Below are positions 60,093 through 64,000 of a stretch of 64,000 nt of DNA, one piece after another. The position numbers and the translations under genes were made by a program. How positions within the stretch are numbered: the stretch's first letter is position 1; each line of letters starts with the position of its first letter. A model generated the notes under the pieces. That model worked only from the letters and a program-made list of their open reading frames with translations, did not search any database and had not been told where the DNA came from. The DNA is from the human T2T-CHM13v2.0 reference genome, Homo sapiens, in NCBI RefSeq assembly GCF_009914755.1, contig NC_060939.1, one strand, 5' to 3'.

Positions 60093-62466
60093 AAAGGAGC
60101 CACTTGGTCCAGATCCATTTAACATCAAGGATGGTGGTGCTATGGACAGAAGTGAGGAAACATGGAAGCGGGCTACTTTAGAAGTGAGGATGCTGAGTTT
60201 GTTTTGGGACTGAATATGACATTAAAAGAGAGAAGGAAAACTGAGATAAGAAAGAATATTCAGGGAAAGGAGAACATCCTGCTTCCAAGGAGAACTCTGC
60301 CTTCTCCATGTAAGAGGACTTTCCAAATTAAAAAGTAAAAGGCAGACCGCAAAATGATCTAAGCCTTTATAATGGTAAAGAGCGTGGGCATTGGAATCAT
60401 ACTGTGAGTTCACTTGTGGCTCCCCATCAGCCGTGTGACCTTCGGCAGGTCACTCAACCCCCTGCATCTCAGTTCCCTCAGCTTTAAAAAGGTGGCGATA
60501 GCAGTATCTAACCTACAAGTTATCATAAGAACTCAGTTCAATAATCTATGTAAAGTCCTTAATACAGTGCCTAGAACTCAATATATTTTCACTCATCAAT
60601 ATTATTTTAGTATTTTTCAAATGCTGCCATTCTGTGTTTCAGGGAATTTGGAAGCCTTGTAATAAAAAGAATTTGGAGATAAATCAAAAGAACTTGCCAG
60701 AAAAACAGCAGATTCTAGAATGACCCTAAAGTTTGGAATCTTGGGTGACTGGGACAACACACAGACCTCTAGAAAAAATACTGTTTTCCAGATAGGTGTT
60801 TTGATAGTTAATGGGGACTAAAAAGGAAAAATGTATTTTGGATATTGGATTTAGGGAGATTAATTATACTAAGCATAATTGGAAAATATTTGACTGTAGT
60901 TGGGCAACCCTTCCAGGTCCCCTTCCACCACATGGAAGCTTTACTTTAGCTTTCGCTTTCCTTTCACTTTCACTTTAATAAATCTTGCCACTGCACACTC
61001 TTTGGGTCCACGCATTTCTCTAATTGAGCCGTAACACTTGCCACTGTGGTCCACGGCTTCATTCCTTGAAGCCTGTGAGACCATGAATCCTTCAATTGAG
61101 AAAAACCTTTGATCGGGAGAAGACTTCTCGTCTCATTTCTGGGGGCCTGTCTGGGATTTCTCCAAAGCGGTGAGTAACACTGGACCCCTTTCACTTGCTA
61201 TTCTGTTCTATCTTCTCGCTAGAAATTGGAGGAAGACACGAGGCACCTGTCGGCCATTTAAAAGTGACAAGTGCAGCCATCTGACTTAAGACACAGGTGT
61301 GAGGCTTTCTGGGAGAGGGCTCTCTAACAACCCCCAGCCCTCTGCGCTGGGAGCATTGGTTTGCCTGGAACCAGTTCCACCTTTTTCTACCTTTCCTGAG
61401 AAAAGCCAAGGGCTGACTAGAGGCGGAAAACTGTCATCCCGAACTCCCAGCACTGACCCGGTTGAGATCATGGCACAGCCAGAAGCCTCTACTCTGCAGC
61501 CGCCCATGCATGCATTCCATGCCTCCTGGTTCTAATGTCCTCAGATAAGACTTTCTTGAGGCCCTATCCTCTAGGATCTTTCCTACCCCTGAATTTAAGA
61601 ATCATCTTTGGGCTAGGAGCCTAAGTTGAGGGAGGTGAAAATCCAAAGACCCTTGCCCATGGTGCCCCCATGGGCACAGACCTGTCCGTGCCCTGTCCCT
61701 CGTACCTGTCCCTAGGGACCTGTCCCTCGTACCCTGTACCCTAGGCACTATCCGGGACATCAAAAGGCGTGTCAGTGGCTGATAGAAGGCCTAGGACATT
61801 TTTCCTTTGGTGCCCTAAACTTACTCCAGATTATAGAGGCTACTTTAATTACCACCTTTCCCATCTGGGATCAGCGATTAAAACTGTAGAACTTCTCCAC
61901 TCAAAGCAATGAGACTTATGGGCCGAAAACAATATAATAGATAATAGGTCCCCCCAATTCAAGTCCAAAGGTCAATGAATATTCTTAGGAGGGCAAATAG
62001 GTGACAGAAAATTCAGGTACGAAAAGCACTGTTCCAACCTTGGTCCTCCAATTTGCCAGTGCCTACCCTAAAACTGTTGTGCTTCAGTGCCATTTTCAAG
62101 GAATTTATCTTGCTGGGACAGCTCCAAGCCCAGAAATACGCTAACTGGTACCTGGTCTCTGAATTTAAAATACACCCCGAACCTAAGACTCACTCTTAGA
62201 TGCAAAGGTAATTGTGGGCACGCTGGTAAGGAGCCACTAAAATCCAGCAGTCCCGGTCCCCTTTTCTGTGTGGCTAAAAAAGGACAGGAAACAAGTGCGG
62301 GCAAAACTGCTATGTCGGTAAGCACAATTAAATTCATTAAGCAGGGTTCCATGGGTGATTGCACACCCTGGAAAGAAAAGGACACCAGAACCATAGGGGA
62401 TGCCCTAGGGCTAGTGCTCACTAGGGGATGACTAGGGGTGTGGGCACTTCTATGTTCTCCTTTCAG

Positions 62467-64000
62467 ATGGGAGACGTCCCTCAAAAGCAAAACCACCCCT
62501 GAGGTGTATTCTGGATAACTGGGACCAATTTGACCCTCAAATGCTGAAGAAGAAGTGACTTATATTTTTCTGCAGCACCACCTGGCCACAATAGCCTCTT
62601 CCCGGAGGAGAGACATGGCCACCCGAGGGAAGTAACTATAATACCGTCCTACACCTAGGTGTCTTTTGTAAACAGGAGGGCAAATGGAGTGAAGTGCCAT
62701 ATATACAGGTTTTTTTCTCACTAGGGGATAACCCACAATTATGTAAAAAATGTAATTTACATCCTACCGGGGGTCCTCAAAGCCTACACCCATACTCAGG
62801 TCTCCCCATGGCTCCCCCTCCCACTAGTAAGGACTCTCCTTTGGCCCTAATGGCCCAAAAGGAACCAGACAAAAAGATAGTCAAGGAACCAAAAGCCACC
62901 AATGGCCCTCAATTGTGCCCCCTCCAAGCCGTGGGAGGAGGAGGAGACTTTGGCCCAGCACGAGTGCATGTCCCTTTTTCCCTCTCAGACTTAAAACAGA
63001 TCAAACCGGACCTAGGAAAATTCTTAGATAATCCTGATGGATATGTAGACGTCTTACAGGGATTAGGACAATCTTTTGATTTAGCATGGAGAGATACTAT
63101 GTTGTCGTTAGGTCAAACATTAACTCCCAGCGAAAAAGAGGCCACAGCTAAGGCTGCAGGATCCCTGGGAGTTTGGGGATCTCTGGTACCTAAGCCAGGT
63201 AAATGATAAAATGACATCAGAAGAAAGGGAACAATTCCCCACAGGCCAACAGGCGGTTCCCAGTGTGGATCCCCATTGGGACCTCAATTTGGAGCATGGA
63301 GACTGGAGTCACAGGCATTTACTGACTTACATACTAGAGGGATTAAGAAAGACCAGAAAAAAGCCAATGAAGTACTCAGTGATGTCCGCCATAACACAGG
63401 GAAAGGAAGAAAACCCTATGGCATTTTTAGAGAGGCTAAGGGAGGCATTAAGAATGCATACCTCAGCCAGGCGCGGTGGCTCATGCCTGTAATCCCAGCA
63501 CTTTGGGAGGCCGAGGAGGGCGGATCATGAGGTCAGGAGATCGAGACCATCCTGGCTAACATGGTGAAACCCTATCTCTACTAAAAATGCAAAAAAAAAT
63601 TAGCCAGGCATGGTGGCAGGCACCTGTAGTCCCAGCTGCTTGGGAGGCTGAGGCAGGAGAATGATGTGAACCCGGGAGGCGGAGCTTGCAGTGAGCCTAG
63701 ATTGCGCCACTGCACTCCAGCCTGGGCGACATTGTGAGACTCTGTCTCAAAAAAAAAAAAAAAAAGAAGAAAGCATACCTCTTTGTCACCTGACTCTACT
63801 GAAGGCCAACTAATTTTAAAGGATAAGTTTATCACTCAGTCAGCTGCAGACATTAGAAAGAAACTTCAAAAGTCTGCCCTGGGCCCCGAGCAAAATTTGG
63901 AAACTCTATTGAATTTGGCAACTTCGGTGTTTTGTAATAGAGATCAGGAGGAGCAGGCTGAACGAGACAGATGAGACAAGAAAAAGGCCTCCACCTTAGT
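62467..64000 (+). pseudogene. Decayed ERV gag (MA to CA/MHR), with frameshifts, stops and an Alu insertion
   Basis: Peptides [63 protein letters not shown] and [29 protein letters not shown], typical of HERV-W/HERV9-group Gag. Confidence 0.9.
63465..63766 (+). mobile_element. AluY inserted in gag
   Basis: AluY diagnostics (GATCGAGACCATCCTGGCTAAC; GGCGGAGCTTGCAGTGAG). TSD AAGAA(T/A)GCATACCTC at 63450-63464 and 63767-63781. Confidence 0.93.

Larger units (their letters stand above)
60898..64000 (+). mobile_element. Class I ERV (HERV-W/9-related gag, tRNA-Pro PBS; HUERS-P3/MER61-like): partial 5' LTR 60898-61135, PBS 61140-61157, leader, gag
   Basis: R-U5-like GGCAACCC..GGTCCCCTTCCAC..GGAAGCTTT..AATAAATCTTGC..CACTCTTTGGGTCC ending CA. 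PBS TGGGGGCCTGTCTGGGAT matches the tRNA-Pro PBS at 15/18. Splice donor at 61170. Exact family needs RepeatMasker. Confidence 0.85.

Noticed and set aside
62694-63974. Gag ORFs as a possible domesticated protein
   Set aside because: Broken by stops, frameshifts and an AluY; fragments of 170 aa or less, mostly with non-ATG starts.

Overview
Human (primate) genomic DNA, recognisable as 15q21.2. It covers the far 5' non-coding region of CYP19A1 (aromatase, minus strand), set head-to-head about 3 kb from the first exon of GLDN (gliomedin, plus strand). Four untranslated CYP19A1 exons can be located from sequence and splice sites: placental I.1 (42265-42368, inside a MER21-type LTR), 2a (27587-27695), probable I.8 (~23999-24099) and I.4 (22204-~22463, with its GAS, GRE and Sp1 elements). 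The only functional protein-coding sequence is GLDN exon 1 (45455-45817, 121 codons). The rest is intronic or intergenic and rich in repeats: Alu, MIR, L2, old L1, MaLR/ERVL/ERV1 solo LTRs, hAT and Tigger MITEs, and an ERV1 provirus fragment with a tRNA-Pro PBS and decayed gag at the right end. The most unusual structures are (1) an Alu-monomer/RPL36A-mRNA chimeric retrocopy inside one TSD pair, (2) an ERV whose 5' LTR seems to start at R, as a processed L1-mobilised copy would, (3) a MIR fold-back palindrome matching MIR7973, (4) a 2-kb-spaced duplication of a 95-nt exon-like cassette, and (5) a cluster of ERV LTRs (MER21, MST, LTR8, MER41B with intact tandem GAS sites) around the placental aromatase promoter. 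This is a well-studied locus and I see no wholly new protein-coding system. Gene and repeat names come from recall and pattern recognition, not database searches.
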